Shown piece after piece: positions 38,499-49,269 of a DNA stretch of 64,000 bases. The number at the start of each line of letters is the position of its first letter. The first letter of the stretch is position 1. Below the pieces are notes generated by a model that made no database searches, was not told the DNA's origin, and was given only the letters and a program-made list of their open reading frames with translations. The stretch is from Ignavibacteriota bacterium (GTDB lineage: Bacteria > Bacteroidota > Ignavibacteria > UBA10030), in assembly GCA_963701295.1 (NCBI GenBank), contig OY969585.1, positions 2,080,001 through 2,144,000 on the forward strand. Reading direction: 5' to 3'. A program made the translations under genes and the position numbers.

Positions 38499-39761
38499 AT
38501 GATTAAAAAAACGGATGAAATTACTAAACTAAAAGCAGATGATGAGGCATCAGCAAATGTCCTCATAGATTTTCTTTCTATTATCATAAGGTATAGAAAA
38601 TTTATTTCTCGTTTTATTCTGTTTATTACAGTGGTTACAACAATTATTGCTTTGCTTTTGCCTAAATGGTACAAGTCCACGGCGTCTGTCTTTCCCGCTG
38701 AAAAAGCCGACCTTTTGGGAGGGTTAGAAGGTATCTCATCTCTTGCAAAATCTTTGTCACCGGTCAAGGCGCTAGGTTCTCTTGGATCAAATCTAGAAAC
38801 AGATCGATACCTTGCAATTTTGAAAAGTGGTACTGTGTTAACGGCTGTTATCAAAAAATATGATTTGGTACATGTTTATGATATTACATCTTATCCGGGT
38901 GAGAATACTATCAAAGAATTACTCACGAATGTTGAGTTTAAAGTGGAAGATGAAGGAAATTTAGTCATCTCGGTGTACGATGAAGATCCGCAGCGAGCAG
39001 CCGATATGGCAAATTACTTTATAGAAATGTTGAATAAAACTAATACGGAATTACAAATACAAAATGCACATGGAAACAGACAATTTATTGAAGAACGATA
39101 TAAGAAGAACCTGGTTGATCTTGCAGCAGCAGAAGATTCTTTCAAGATATTTCAAAAAAAATATGGTGTTATTGCATTACCAGAGCAAACTGAGGCGTCA
39201 ATTAAAGCGGCAGCGGAGATTACGGGGCAGCTTGCTCTTAAAGAAGTCCAGGCAAACGTGCTTCGCAGAACTCAATCAGCAGACAATCCATCTGTGATAG
39301 CAACACAAATTGAAATTGATGAATTCCGGAACAAATTATCACAAATGAATAGTGGATTACATGTTCCCAAGAACGAGATGAATGTTTTTGTCCCGTTTAG
39401 CAAAATTCCGGATCTTGGTAGTGAATATATTAGAAAATTTCGCGAAGTTGAAATTCAGTATAAAATTCTTCAATTAATTACACCACTCTATGAACAAGCT
39501 AAAGTCGAGGAAAATCGACAAACGCCATCTGTTTTGATACTTGATAAAGCGTTTCCAGCTGAACGAAAATCGAAACCAAAAGTATCTGTCTATATGCTGC
39601 TATCGTTTTTTATATCTATGGCTATGGCCATTCTTATGGTTTTTATATATGTATGGATACAAAGACTTTATGCTCTTGATTCGGATCGATTCAAAACAAT
39701 TATCAGCGTCTTACGATCTGATTGGCTCGGCTTAAAATGGAAGCGTAATGTTAGGGAATAA
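38499..39761 (+). CDS. Wzz/Wzc-N-type chain-length regulator, copy 1
   Basis: Two TM helices, PKWYKSTA, D.DP.RAA..AN, coiled coil, LD.A.P.E.KS.P; no kinase domain. Confidence 0.88.
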   Translation: MIKKTDEITKLKADDEASANVLIDFLSIIIRYRKFISRFILFITVVTTIIALLLPKWYKSTASVFPAEKADLLGGLEGISSLAKSLSPVKALGSLGSNLETDRYLAILKSGTVLTAVIKKYDLVHVYDITSYPGENTIKELLTNVEFKVEDEGNLVISVYDEDPQRAADMANYFIEMLNKTNTELQIQNAHGNRQFIEERYKKNLVDLAAAEDSFKIFQKKYGVIALPEQTEASIKAAAEITGQLALKEVQANVLRRTQSADNPSVIATQIEIDEFRNKLSQMNSGLHVPKNEMNVFVPFSKIPDLGSEYIRKFREVEIQYKILQLITPLYEQAKVEENRQTPSVLILDKAFPAERKSKPKVSVYMLLSFFISMAMAILMVFIYVWIQRLYALDSDRFKTIISVLRSDWLGLKWKRNVRE

Positions 39762-41295
39762 CAACTCGATGACCTCAGCAAGAGTAGGGAATGGTCTTCG
39801 AGCCCATAATATTTTGCTCAATATAATGGGACAAATTATTCCCATTTTTATCGGAATAATTGCGATACCGTTTATTGTTCATGGATTGGGGGTTGAGGGT
39901 TTCGGGATCCTTTCACTTGCTTGGATGATTCTTGGATATTTCGCCATCTTTGATTTGGGATTAGGACGTGCTACAACAAAATTTATCTCAGAGGAATTAA
40001 AAAACGGAATAACTGGAAACCTTCGAAGTTTATTTTGGACTTCATGCTGGATGAACCTCATTCTGGGACTTATTGGTGGACTTTTAATTGCCAGTATGGC
40101 TTCTTTTCTTGCTGAAAGTGTTTTTAAAATTTCTCCAGGATTGATTCAAAAGACAAGAACGATATTCTTTATGCTTGCCATTTCTTGTCCTATTATTCTT
40201 GTTACTACGGCGTTCAGAGGTACGCTTGAAGCTGCCCAGCAGTTCAAGTACGTAAATATAGTTATCGCTATATTTAGTTCATTATCTTTTCTCCTACCGG
40301 TTATCGGAATCGTTGTAGGGTTCGATATTCAGAGGATTATTGTTCTTTTAATGATTTCTAGATTGTGTGGTGCGTTGGTGTACCTCCTTTTATGTTTTCG
40401 AGTGTTTCCCATACTTAGAATGAATATCTCTTTTGAATCCAACCGAGTTTGCCGATTACTCAAATTTGGAGGATGGGTCAGCATATCTAATTTAGTGAGT
40501 CCTATTTTGTTCTACCTTGACCGTTTTCTCATTGGATCACTGATTTCGGTTACTGCGGTTGCATATTATACTGCACCTTATGAAATGGTAATGAGGTTAT
40601 CAATCCTGCCGGTGAGCTTTGCAATGACGTTGTTCCCTTCATTTAGTGCTGTGGCTGTTGCTGTACGTGAAAGTCAGACGGGTTTGTATTCTCGCTCAGT
40701 AAAAATGCTTCTCATATTAATAGGTCCTCTTGTTGCTTTAGTGATCTTGTTTGCCGTCGATATCCTGCGTTTATGGTTAGGTTTACAATTTGCAGAAAAC
40801 AGCACTCTTGTTCTTCAAATCTTGACAATTGGTATGTTATTAAACTCCTTAGCGCAAATTCCATTTGCTCTTATTCAGGGATTCGGACGTCCCGACTTAA
40901 CAGCTAAATTTCATTTAGCTGAATTATTGTTGTACGCTCCGCTTACTTGGTTCCTAGTGAAAAACATGGGGATTGTTGGAGGAGCAATAGCATGGACTAT
41001 CCGAGTTACATTTGATGCACTGCTTCTTTTTTTAGCCTCAATAAAATTTATCAATATTCAGAAATTCCTTGATATAAGATTGAAACGTTGCATTGTTCTA
41101 GTATTTTTCTTGTTGTGTATTTTGATTGGATCGTCTCTTCTTGGCGGAACATTATTTACCAAAATGGTTATTTCTGTAGGGATAATAACTCTTTATGCTG
41201 TTGCTTCATGGTATCATGTATTGGATGTCGGAGAGAGGGAATTGATTAGCTCTATAGCTTGTAGATTTGTTGGTATATCAGGAGGAGCGATATAA
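39748..41295 (+). CDS. wzx: Wzx flippase
   Basis: LGVEGFGIL, FDLGLGRA, LDRFLIG, AYYTAP; about 12-14 TM helices. Confidence 0.9.
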   Translation: MLGNNNSMTSARVGNGLRAHNILLNIMGQIIPIFIGIIAIPFIVHGLGVEGFGILSLAWMILGYFAIFDLGLGRATTKFISEELKNGITGNLRSLFWTSCWMNLILGLIGGLLIASMASFLAESVFKISPGLIQKTRTIFFMLAISCPIILVTTAFRGTLEAAQQFKYVNIVIAIFSSLSFLLPVIGIVVGFDIQRIIVLLMISRLCGALVYLLLCFRVFPILRMNISFESNRVCRLLKFGGWVSISNLVSPILFYLDRFLIGSLISVTAVAYYTAPYEMVMRLSILPVSFAMTLFPSFSAVAVAVRESQTGLYSRSVKMLLILIGPLVALVILFAVDILRLWLGLQFAENSTLVLQILTIGMLLNSLAQIPFALIQGFGRPDLTAKFHLAELLLYAPLTWFLVKNMGIVGGAIAWTIRVTFDALLLFLASIKFINIQKFLDIRLKRCIVLVFFLLCILIGSSLLGGTLFTKMVISVGIITLYAVASWYHVLDVGERELISSIACRFVGISGGAI

Positions 41296-41323
41296 GAGGT
41301 GTTGAAAGTATTCGATTTGAATT

Positions 41324-42715
41324 GTGGGAAGAAATTATGCGGCAGACTCTTCAAAAAATGAGTCAGATAATGTTGTAGTCCAATTTAAACAAGGGATACT
41401 AACCACTGTCAGTTTCAAGTTGGATAAAGGATCTGAAGCATTGGATGAAAATGAAAATAAATATTTAAGATCTCCAAATACAGCATTTGGACTCTTCTAT
41501 GTTTTAATGATATACAAAAGGGCTATCATTCATTGCATTATATTTGCTACAGTAATAACACTGGTTGTCGCATTACTCATGCCTAATTGGTATAAGTCAA
41601 CTGCGTCTGTATTTCCTATTGATCAATCTCCTCTTTTGAGAACATTAGGAAGTGTTTCGTCATCTCTGGAAACATTTTCACATTTTAGAAACTCGGTGTT
41701 TGCAAAATTGTTATCAAAGGCAGTAGGTTCTATAGAAACTGACCGTTGTTTAGCTATTCTTAAAAGTAATAAAGTGCTTCTTAGTGTTATTCAAAAGTTT
41801 GATCTTGTGCACGTGTATGGTATTAAGTCATACCCTGTTGAAAATTCAATAAAAGAACTTCTTGAGAATACAGAATTTAAAGTAGTATTAGAGGGGAATA
41901 TATTAATTACGGTTTATGACAAAGATCCACAGCGTGCGGCAGATATGGCAAATTATTTTGTAGAAATTTTAAATAAAACGAACTCTGAAATAATAGCGCA
42001 ATCCATCCAGAGTAATAAACAGTTTATTGATATGTATTATATGCGTAACCTTAACAATCTTACAAATACCGAAGATTCCTTGAAAAGTACACAAAATAAA
42101 TTCGGTATTGTTTCATTACAGGAACAAACTGAAGCCTTTATAAATAATACTGCTGAACTTGCAGGGGAACTTGTCGAGAAGGAGATTCAAACCGATGCTT
42201 TGAAGAAGACCCTCTCGATTAATCATCCATATGTTAGAGCCGCAGATGTGGAAATTGAAGAACTGCAAAAAAAAATAAGTGATTACAGCGATGGTACGAA
42301 TACATCTGAAATTGGAATGAACGTATTTACACCATTCAGCAACGTTTCGGCCTTTAGCACTGAATATTCTCGAAGATATCGTGATGTCGAAACTCAATAT
42401 AAAATTCTACAGAATATGACCTCGCTTTATGAGCAAGCAAAAATAGAAGACCAGTGGAATGCTCCGGCAGTTGTAGTGCTGGATCGCGCAATACCTGCTG
42501 AAAGAAAAGTAAGGCCACAAAGATTTTTAATTATTCTCGGTGGAATGGTGGTTGGATTTCTAAGTGCCTTATTATTTTCCACATTCTATTACAACTGGAA
42601 TTATGAGAAAAAACAAAACACTACTCTTTACAAATTATTATTTGCTTTGATGAATAATATATATGCAGATTTAGCATTCTTCAGATTGCATATGCATCGG
42701 ATAAAAAGTATATAG
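41324..42715 (+). CDS. Wzz/Wzc-N-type chain-length regulator, copy 2
   Basis: Paralog of 38499-39761 (WYKSTASVFP, ETDR.LAILKS, DPQRAADMANYF); start uncertain. Confidence 0.85.
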   Translation: MGRNYAADSSKNESDNVVVQFKQGILTTVSFKLDKGSEALDENENKYLRSPNTAFGLFYVLMIYKRAIIHCIIFATVITLVVALLMPNWYKSTASVFPIDQSPLLRTLGSVSSSLETFSHFRNSVFAKLLSKAVGSIETDRCLAILKSNKVLLSVIQKFDLVHVYGIKSYPVENSIKELLENTEFKVVLEGNILITVYDKDPQRAADMANYFVEILNKTNSEIIAQSIQSNKQFIDMYYMRNLNNLTNTEDSLKSTQNKFGIVSLQEQTEAFINNTAELAGELVEKEIQTDALKKTLSINHPYVRAADVEIEELQKKISDYSDGTNTSEIGMNVFTPFSNVSAFSTEYSRRYRDVETQYKILQNMTSLYEQAKIEDQWNAPAVVVLDRAIPAERKVRPQRFLIILGGMVVGFLSALLFSTFYYNWNYEKKQNTTLYKLLFALMNNIYADLAFFRLHMHRIKSI

Positions 42716-42725
42716 TCCAGTAAAA

Positions 42726-44196
42726 ATGATTAAAATATCAAATATTGATCGTGAGTATTCTATAAAACCTTATTCTTCTGGTATTCAAAAGGTCCCCGTT
42801 GCTATCTATTTAGGGACATTTAGCATTCTTGCATTTTACTTGATAAGTGTCATTTTCCAATGGGAATTCTTCTTTTTCTTTTCTTTGTTTATTATGGCAG
42901 TCTTAGTAACTGCAGTGATAAAATTTGAAGCTTCTCTCCTTTTTATTCCAATTGCACTAGCCAATCCATATGTTCTTGAAGAAACAGGTACAAAGCTGAA
43001 TATTTTGGAGCTTGTACTCCTCATTATTTTTATTGTATGGGTATGCCGAATTCTTCTTTTAAAAGAACGCATTGTATTTCCTAGAAAGTTTCTTATCACT
43101 TCTTTAATAATAATTGCGACGGCAGTTCTGTCTTTACTTGTAGCACATGATATATTAACAGGCATTAAGCAGGTTGTCAGATATATCGAAATATTATTGT
43201 TATTCTTTATGCTTGTGATGAACAACTTTAAAAGTGAGAAAAGAATAAGACAAGCATTTTATTTCCTTATTATTGGTGGATTAATAGCGTCGTGTGTAGG
43301 TTTAGGTCAATTTATCATCAATGCATTAGAATTGAAACAGTCTGCAAGAGTTTTTGGCTGGGGTAGCGGATATGCTGCATATATTGCTTCAACGCTGATC
43401 TTTTCAATATGTGCTTTGGAATTTAAAGAGCAAAAAGTGATTAAAACCTTAGCGCTATTTACAATTCCGGTTGCTGGGCTGGCGCTCGTTGTAAGTCAAA
43501 CTCGGACGTGGATTGGTGCTTTGATTGGTGTTCTTGGAATTTTGTTCTTTTGGAGAAAACCTAAGGCTGCGGGGAAAATAGTACTCGTAGTAGGATTTGC
43601 TATAGGATTCATAGTTCTGCTCATGGCAACAAATTTTTTTGGTTTGATCGAAAGCGATTATTTTAGAGGGGCGGCTGAGGGTGCAATGAGATTTGGTGAA
43701 ACAAAAAGTACCTCATTCTGTGAATGATGCATCGTTGTTACTCCGCTTAGGTGCTTGGGGAAAAGCAATCCTGCTATATATCAAAAATCCAATTTTAGGA
43801 ATAGGAGTTGGTAACTTTCGAATTGATTATTCTTCACTAAAACTGACAAATGCAGGAGATGGAATTGGGTATGTTGATAATCAATATATCCAGGGCTTTA
43901 CAGAAGCAGGCACGATTGCAGGAATTGCTTGGATTGTTTTTGTGTTTCAAGTAGTTAGGTTAGGTATTAAGAGTGTTCGCTTGTCTGTTGACTCTGATCT
44001 ATATGTCCTTGCGCTTGGTTTTTTCGGCTCTTTATTACTATTGGTTCTTGGAAGTTTTTTTTGGGTGATTACACCAGTTCATGATATTTTTTGTCTGATG
44101 ATTCTCAATGTTGGGTTATTATTCAACATATTAGAACTTGCTAAACTTCGAAAACGATTAGAATTGCAAAATAACCGCGACTGTTCAAAATTATGA
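42726..44196 (+). pseudogene. O-antigen ligase/Wzy-family protein split by a frameshift
   Basis: ORF 42726-43727 (SQTRTWI) and ORF 43693-44196 (R...W..A......PILGIGVGNF, DNQY.Q...E.G..G) join if one A is removed from the A5 run at 43703-43707. Confidence 0.8.
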
Positions 44197-45104
44197 TCAT
44201 GATGAACCAATACCCGACACCTGATGATATTTGTGCTATTATCACAACTTTTCGTCCAGATGAAGGAATATATCAAAGAGTTATGCGCGTTAAAGATCAA
44301 GTAGGATTTATCGTGATTATGAATGATGGGGGATGTGATGAAAACGTTTTAAAGCTGAATAAATGGTTCGAAGGTTTAAAAGAAATTTGTCTTTATCATA
44401 ATAGAAGCAATATTGGCATAGCAGCCTCTTTAAATGTTGGTATTTCTATCGCAAAAAAAAAGGGATATAGATGGATATTAACGCTTGATGATGACAGCTT
44501 GGTTATGCCATATTGTATTGAACGATTAATTAATAGTTTGAAAAATATCAGATTAGAAAAACCTATAGGGCTAATTGGCATGTCATGGAAAGAAGTTAAT
44601 GATATCGAAGAAAAAATACTTATGGGAGAAAATATAACGTACACAGAAAAGAGAGGAATAATTACTTCGGGAAGTTTTTTTTCTGTAGAAATTTACGATA
44701 TTGTTGGCCCATTTAGGGAAGAATTCTACATAGATTCGGTCGACTACGATTATTGTCTTCGTGTGAGGGGAAAAGGATTAGCAGTTGTAAAACTTGATGA
44801 AATAGGTTTTGAACATATGCTAGGTAGAAGTAAAGTTTTTAATATTATGGGATTTAAAATCATCATCGAGAATCATGAAGCATTTCGAATTTATTATGGA
44901 TTTAGAAACTCAACAGTGCTAGCATTGGAGTATCTGATAAAGGATCCTCTGTATTCTTTAGCTGTACTAGTAAGACATATGAAAATACTATCTTTTATAT
45001 TTATTTTTGAGGCGGACAAAAAAGAAAAATTGATTGAAGTAATTAGAGGTTTAAGAGATGGTTTAACAAGAAACTTAGGTAAAAGGATAAGAGTGCGTGG
45101 TTGA
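44193..45104 (+). CDS. GT2 glycosyltransferase, rhamnosyltransferase-like
   Basis: N.GIAASLN.G, LDDDS, ITSGS, FYIDSVDYDYCLR, R.YY..RN. Confidence 0.88.
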   Translation: MIMMNQYPTPDDICAIITTFRPDEGIYQRVMRVKDQVGFIVIMNDGGCDENVLKLNKWFEGLKEICLYHNRSNIGIAASLNVGISIAKKKGYRWILTLDDDSLVMPYCIERLINSLKNIRLEKPIGLIGMSWKEVNDIEEKILMGENITYTEKRGIITSGSFFSVEIYDIVGPFREEFYIDSVDYDYCLRVRGKGLAVVKLDEIGFEHMLGRSKVFNIMGFKIIIENHEAFRIYYGFRNSTVLALEYLIKDPLYSLAVLVRHMKILSFIFIFEADKKEKLIEVIRGLRDGLTRNLGKRIRVRG

Positions 45105-45921
45105 TATACTTCCAAGAGAATATTATTTCGTGACTGTTAGTTATAATAATTCAAATTACACGATTAAATATCTCGATAGTATAGAGAGATTAAAAAAACA
45201 AGATTATGTTGTTAAAGTCATTATTGTGGATAATGCATCAAAAATGGAAGATTTTAGAAAAATTGAAAATGATGTATTGAACAGAGTAAATACTAAATTG
45301 ATAAGGAATAAGGACAATCTTGGCTATTTTAAAGCTTTGAATGTAGGAATTTCAACTATCCAAAATAATAAAGCTCTATATATTATTGGGAACAATGATA
45401 TTGAATTCGATGAAAACTTTTTATTAAAACTAAACAATATTGAATATGATGATGATGTTTTAGTTTTAGCGCCAAATGTTATAACAAGAGATGGATTTCA
45501 TCAAAACCCACATTTGGTGAACAGGGTGTCAAAATTTCGCAAAACGGGATATTATATATATTTTTCAAATTATTATTTTGGTCAATTAATCTATTGGATA
45601 GCTCAAAGATTTAAAAAGCCGAGAAGCACACAACCCGATAAAGCGTGGAACTGTAAAAAAGTAATTCATATGGGGATTGGTGCTTGCTATGTACTCACTG
45701 AAAACTTTTTTAAATATTATAATGTACTCGATGATAGAGTATTCCTTTGGGGCGAAGAAGCTTTGTTGGCTGGTCAGGTGACGAATGTCAATGGAAAAAT
45801 ATTGTATGATCCAAGTATAGTTGTGTATCACAATGAAAATAGCAGTGTTTTGGCAATTCCAACAAAGCAAGCTTATAGAATAGCGAAACAATCATATAGA
45901 ATATATTCACGTTATCTTTAA
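45097..45921 (+). CDS. GT2 glycosyltransferase
   Basis: VSYN, IVDNAS, NLGY, NNDI, FLWGEE. Confidence 0.88.
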   Translation: MVDILPREYYFVTVSYNNSNYTIKYLDSIERLKKQDYVVKVIIVDNASKMEDFRKIENDVLNRVNTKLIRNKDNLGYFKALNVGISTIQNNKALYIIGNNDIEFDENFLLKLNNIEYDDDVLVLAPNVITRDGFHQNPHLVNRVSKFRKTGYYIYFSNYYFGQLIYWIAQRFKKPRSTQPDKAWNCKKVIHMGIGACYVLTENFFKYYNVLDDRVFLWGEEALLAGQVTNVNGKILYDPSIVVYHNENSSVLAIPTKQAYRIAKQSYRIYSRYL

Positions 45922-45950
45922 ACACATTTTTCAATATTTGGAGATGATTA

Positions 45951-46871
45951 ATGGCTAAAATACTTATCACAGGCGGCAGAGGATTCATCGGCACTAATTT
46001 GACAAATGAATTACGATCAAGAGGCCATGAAGTATGGACTTGTGATATTTTACAAGGAGAAGATTCTCAACATTTGAAAACTGATACTGGTGTATATCAG
46101 CAGGTGAATAGCATTTTTAGGTCGCATAAGTTTGATTATGTGTACCATCTTGCGGCAGAATATGGGCGCTGGAATGGAGAGGATCACTATGAGAATCTCT
46201 GGCGCACTAATGTTATCGGGACAAAGAATATGCTTCGGCTTCAAGAGAAACATCGCTTTAGAATGATTTTCTTTTCAAGTGCCGAGGTCTATGGTGACTA
46301 TGATGAACTTATGTCCGAAGATGTGATGGAACGAGTGCCGATAAAACAAATGAATGATTATGCCATTACTAAATGGGCAGGGGAATTGCAATGCTTAAAC
46401 CATGCAGCAATGTTTGGTGTAGAAGTGGTGCGTGTTCGCCCTGTCGGTTGTTATGGCCCTCATGAATATTACAGCAGGTATAGAGGCGTAATTCCGATTA
46501 TTGTATATCACTGTTTAATGAATAAGAAGTTTACTGTGTACAAAGGTCATAAAAGAATTTTTGATTATGTTGAGGATACGTGCAGGACTTTTGCAAATAT
46601 TACAGATCACTTTATTCCCAGTGAAGTATATAATATAGGAAGCTCAGAGAAGTGGGTAATAAGCATCGAAGAGCTTGCAGATATTATTCTCAAGGAGACC
46701 GGAGCCAGTCCCTCGCTTGCAGAATATAAAGGAGAAGAAGGTTTTACTACACGGGTAAAGGTAGTTGACTTCTCTAAGTCGCGTCGGGATCTTGATCATC
46801 GTCCTCAGATAGATATTTATGAGGGTATACGCAGATATGTCGTGTGGGCTAGGAAAGTATACGGAAAATAA
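45951..46871 (+). CDS. NAD-dependent epimerase/dehydratase
   Basis: TGGRGFIG, HLAA, SSAEVYG, YAITK. Confidence 0.9.
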   Translation: MAKILITGGRGFIGTNLTNELRSRGHEVWTCDILQGEDSQHLKTDTGVYQQVNSIFRSHKFDYVYHLAAEYGRWNGEDHYENLWRTNVIGTKNMLRLQEKHRFRMIFFSSAEVYGDYDELMSEDVMERVPIKQMNDYAITKWAGELQCLNHAAMFGVEVVRVRPVGCYGPHEYYSRYRGVIPIIVYHCLMNKKFTVYKGHKRIFDYVEDTCRTFANITDHFIPSEVYNIGSSEKWVISIEELADIILKETGASPSLAEYKGEEGFTTRVKVVDFSKSRRDLDHRPQIDIYEGIRRYVVWARKVYGK

Positions 46872-46912
46872 AATATAGTTTTGTACAGTGTGGAAAATTA
46901 AAAGGAGTTTAA

Positions 46913-47956
46913 ATGGAAGATTACAAAAAAGGTTTTGAAAACAAAGTGGTCTTAATAACTGGAGGTGCCGGCGCAATAGGTTCAAATTTAACCCGCACCA
47001 TTGCTGAGCTTGGTGCACATATGGTTATAATTTTTGATAATATGTCTGCAGGTTATGAATGGAATGTCCCATCATTGTCAAGTGTTTTATTCGTTAAGGG
47101 ATCAGTGACGGATGAAGTGGCTCTGAAGCGAGTTTATATGCTAAAACCGGATATCGTGTACCATTTGGCAGCCTTTTTTGCCAATCAAAATTCAGTTGAT
47201 TTTCCTCAGCATGATTTGATGACAAATGGGTTAGGCACGTTGCTTGTTTATCAATATGCAAGGATGTGTGGAGTGGGGCGTTTAGTATACGCTTCATCCG
47301 GCTGTTCTATATATGGTTCTGCTGCGCCATTACCGCTTAAAGAAGATTTTATGTCTATGCACCTTACTACCCCTTACCAGATAACTAAAATGCTTGGTGA
47401 GTTGTATGCGAACTTTTTTCATCATCATTATGGATTACCGGTTGTGAAAACAAGGTTCTTCAACTCGTATGGTCCGGGAGAGGTACCAGGGCAGTATAGA
47501 AATGTAATCCCTAACTTTATTTTCCGCGCTCTTTCCGGATTGCCGCTGCCGTTTACAGGCAGTGGTGAAGAAACCAGAGATTTTACATATGTGATGGATA
47601 TAGTCGATGCATTATTGCGAGCTGGCTATTACGAACGGGCAATCGGTCAGGAGATGAATATTGCTTCAGGAAGTGAAGTTAATATATTGAAAATGGCGGA
47701 ACATATTAATGAATTAACGGGAAATAAGGCTGGGATTGTAAGAGCAGAACGTCGTGTTTGGGATACCAAAAAAAGACTTCTTGCATCCATAGATAGAGCA
47801 AATGAATTAATAGGATACACACCAAAAATGGATTTTGAAACGGGGCTCAAAAATACGATTCAATGGTTTAGAGACAATTGGGAAAATGTACACAGAGATG
47901 CAGAATTTCCTCCGGGCATGTCATCTGCTGCTTTTAAAGTTACTGCTACGAAATAA
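46913..47956 (+). CDS. NAD-dependent epimerase/dehydratase
   Basis: TGGAGAIG, YQITK, RFFNSYGP, ETRDFTYV. Confidence 0.9.
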   Translation: MEDYKKGFENKVVLITGGAGAIGSNLTRTIAELGAHMVIIFDNMSAGYEWNVPSLSSVLFVKGSVTDEVALKRVYMLKPDIVYHLAAFFANQNSVDFPQHDLMTNGLGTLLVYQYARMCGVGRLVYASSGCSIYGSAAPLPLKEDFMSMHLTTPYQITKMLGELYANFFHHHYGLPVVKTRFFNSYGPGEVPGQYRNVIPNFIFRALSGLPLPFTGSGEETRDFTYVMDIVDALLRAGYYERAIGQEMNIASGSEVNILKMAEHINELTGNKAGIVRAERRVWDTKKRLLASIDRANELIGYTPKMDFETGLKNTIQWFRDNWENVHRDAEFPPGMSSAAFKVTATK

Positions 47957-47993
47957 AAAGATAAAGGCAAGTGATTTGAGGCTATGATGTATT

Positions 47994-49259
47994 ATGAGTA
48001 AAGTTCTTCTTCATTCGTTGGTATTTTCTCCGGATGGTAATTCCACTGCATATTTAATGACTGAGTTAGCTATCGAATTAAAGCGGCTGGGGCATCAAGT
48101 TACAGTGCTTACAACCACACCCCACTATAATATCATTCCATCTATGGCGGCTCGTCATCAGATGCATCGTTGTTGGATTGGTTTATTGTACATGAGTGAA
48201 ATCGATGGAATAAAAATTTGGCATGTGAAAGTGCCCAATAAAGGTAATAGAGTATGGATGCGGGTATTTGATTATATTCGATTTCACGTTGTTTCGTTGC
48301 TGACGGCAGTGTTTAAAATAGAGACTCAAGACATTATTATCGCTACATCGCCCCCTCTTACCATGGCCGTAATGTCTTGGTTACTTGGAGTTTGGTGGAA
48401 ATGTCCTTCAGTATATAAGGTAGCTGAACTCTATCCCGATGTCGCTATTCGCCAAGGAATTGTTAAGAATCGAGGATTCATTGCATTTCTGAATTGGCTC
48501 GAAAAATTTGTTTATAAAAAAAACACTTTGATCGTTGCGATTGCTGAGCAGTTTATGAAAGTTATTCGGAAAAGAGGAGTCCCAGATCAAAAATTACAGA
48601 TGATACCTGATTTTGTGGACACAAAATTTTATTGCCTAAAATCACGAAAGAATGAGTTTACCTTAAAGCATGACTTGCTCAAGGATTTTGTTGTTTTGTA
48701 TGCAGGCAATATTGGCATTGTACAAGATTGGGATTCGGTGTTGTTCGCTGTGGAAAACCTATCAAAGTTAGCAATCAGATTTGTAATTGTAGGTGATGGA
48801 TCAAAAAGGGAATGGCTGGCAAAAGAGATTGAGATTCGCAAGTTAGGAAATGTGACACTGCTCGGGTATCAGCCGAAAGAACTTATGCCTGAGATTAATG
48901 CGAGTTGTGATATCAGCATTATTCCTATGAATATAGCTGGAAGCAAGGATGGAGTACCTTCAAAAATCTATTCCATCTTTTCTTGCGGAAAACCGATTGT
49001 CGCGCTCGTTGATAGTGAATCAGAGCTTCGTTGGATTGCCGAACAATCTGGATGCGGCAGATCTGTAGCGATCGGAGATAAACAAGGTTTTTCCGATGCG
49101 ATCCTCAAGGCGTTCAATGAACGTGAATTACTTCCTGTGGAGGGTTTGAGAGGACGGGCGTACGTAGAGGCAAACTATTCCAAAGAAGCTATAGCTAGTA
49201 AATATCATGATCTGATTGCTGCATTGCAGCGCAAAGAAAGTAATATCTCTCGTAAATAG
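47994..49259 (+). CDS. GT4 glycosyltransferase (WbuB-like)
   Basis: F.PD...TA, TSPP, YAGNIG..Q, VGDG, VPSK.Y...GKP. Confidence 0.9.
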   Translation: MSKVLLHSLVFSPDGNSTAYLMTELAIELKRLGHQVTVLTTTPHYNIIPSMAARHQMHRCWIGLLYMSEIDGIKIWHVKVPNKGNRVWMRVFDYIRFHVVSLLTAVFKIETQDIIIATSPPLTMAVMSWLLGVWWKCPSVYKVAELYPDVAIRQGIVKNRGFIAFLNWLEKFVYKKNTLIVAIAEQFMKVIRKRGVPDQKLQMIPDFVDTKFYCLKSRKNEFTLKHDLLKDFVVLYAGNIGIVQDWDSVLFAVENLSKLAIRFVIVGDGSKREWLAKEIEIRKLGNVTLLGYQPKELMPEINASCDISIIPMNIAGSKDGVPSKIYSIFSCGKPIVALVDSESELRWIAEQSGCGRSVAIGDKQGFSDAILKAFNERELLPVEGLRGRAYVEANYSKEAIASKYHDLIAALQRKESNISRK

Positions 49260-49269
49260 AATGATATAG

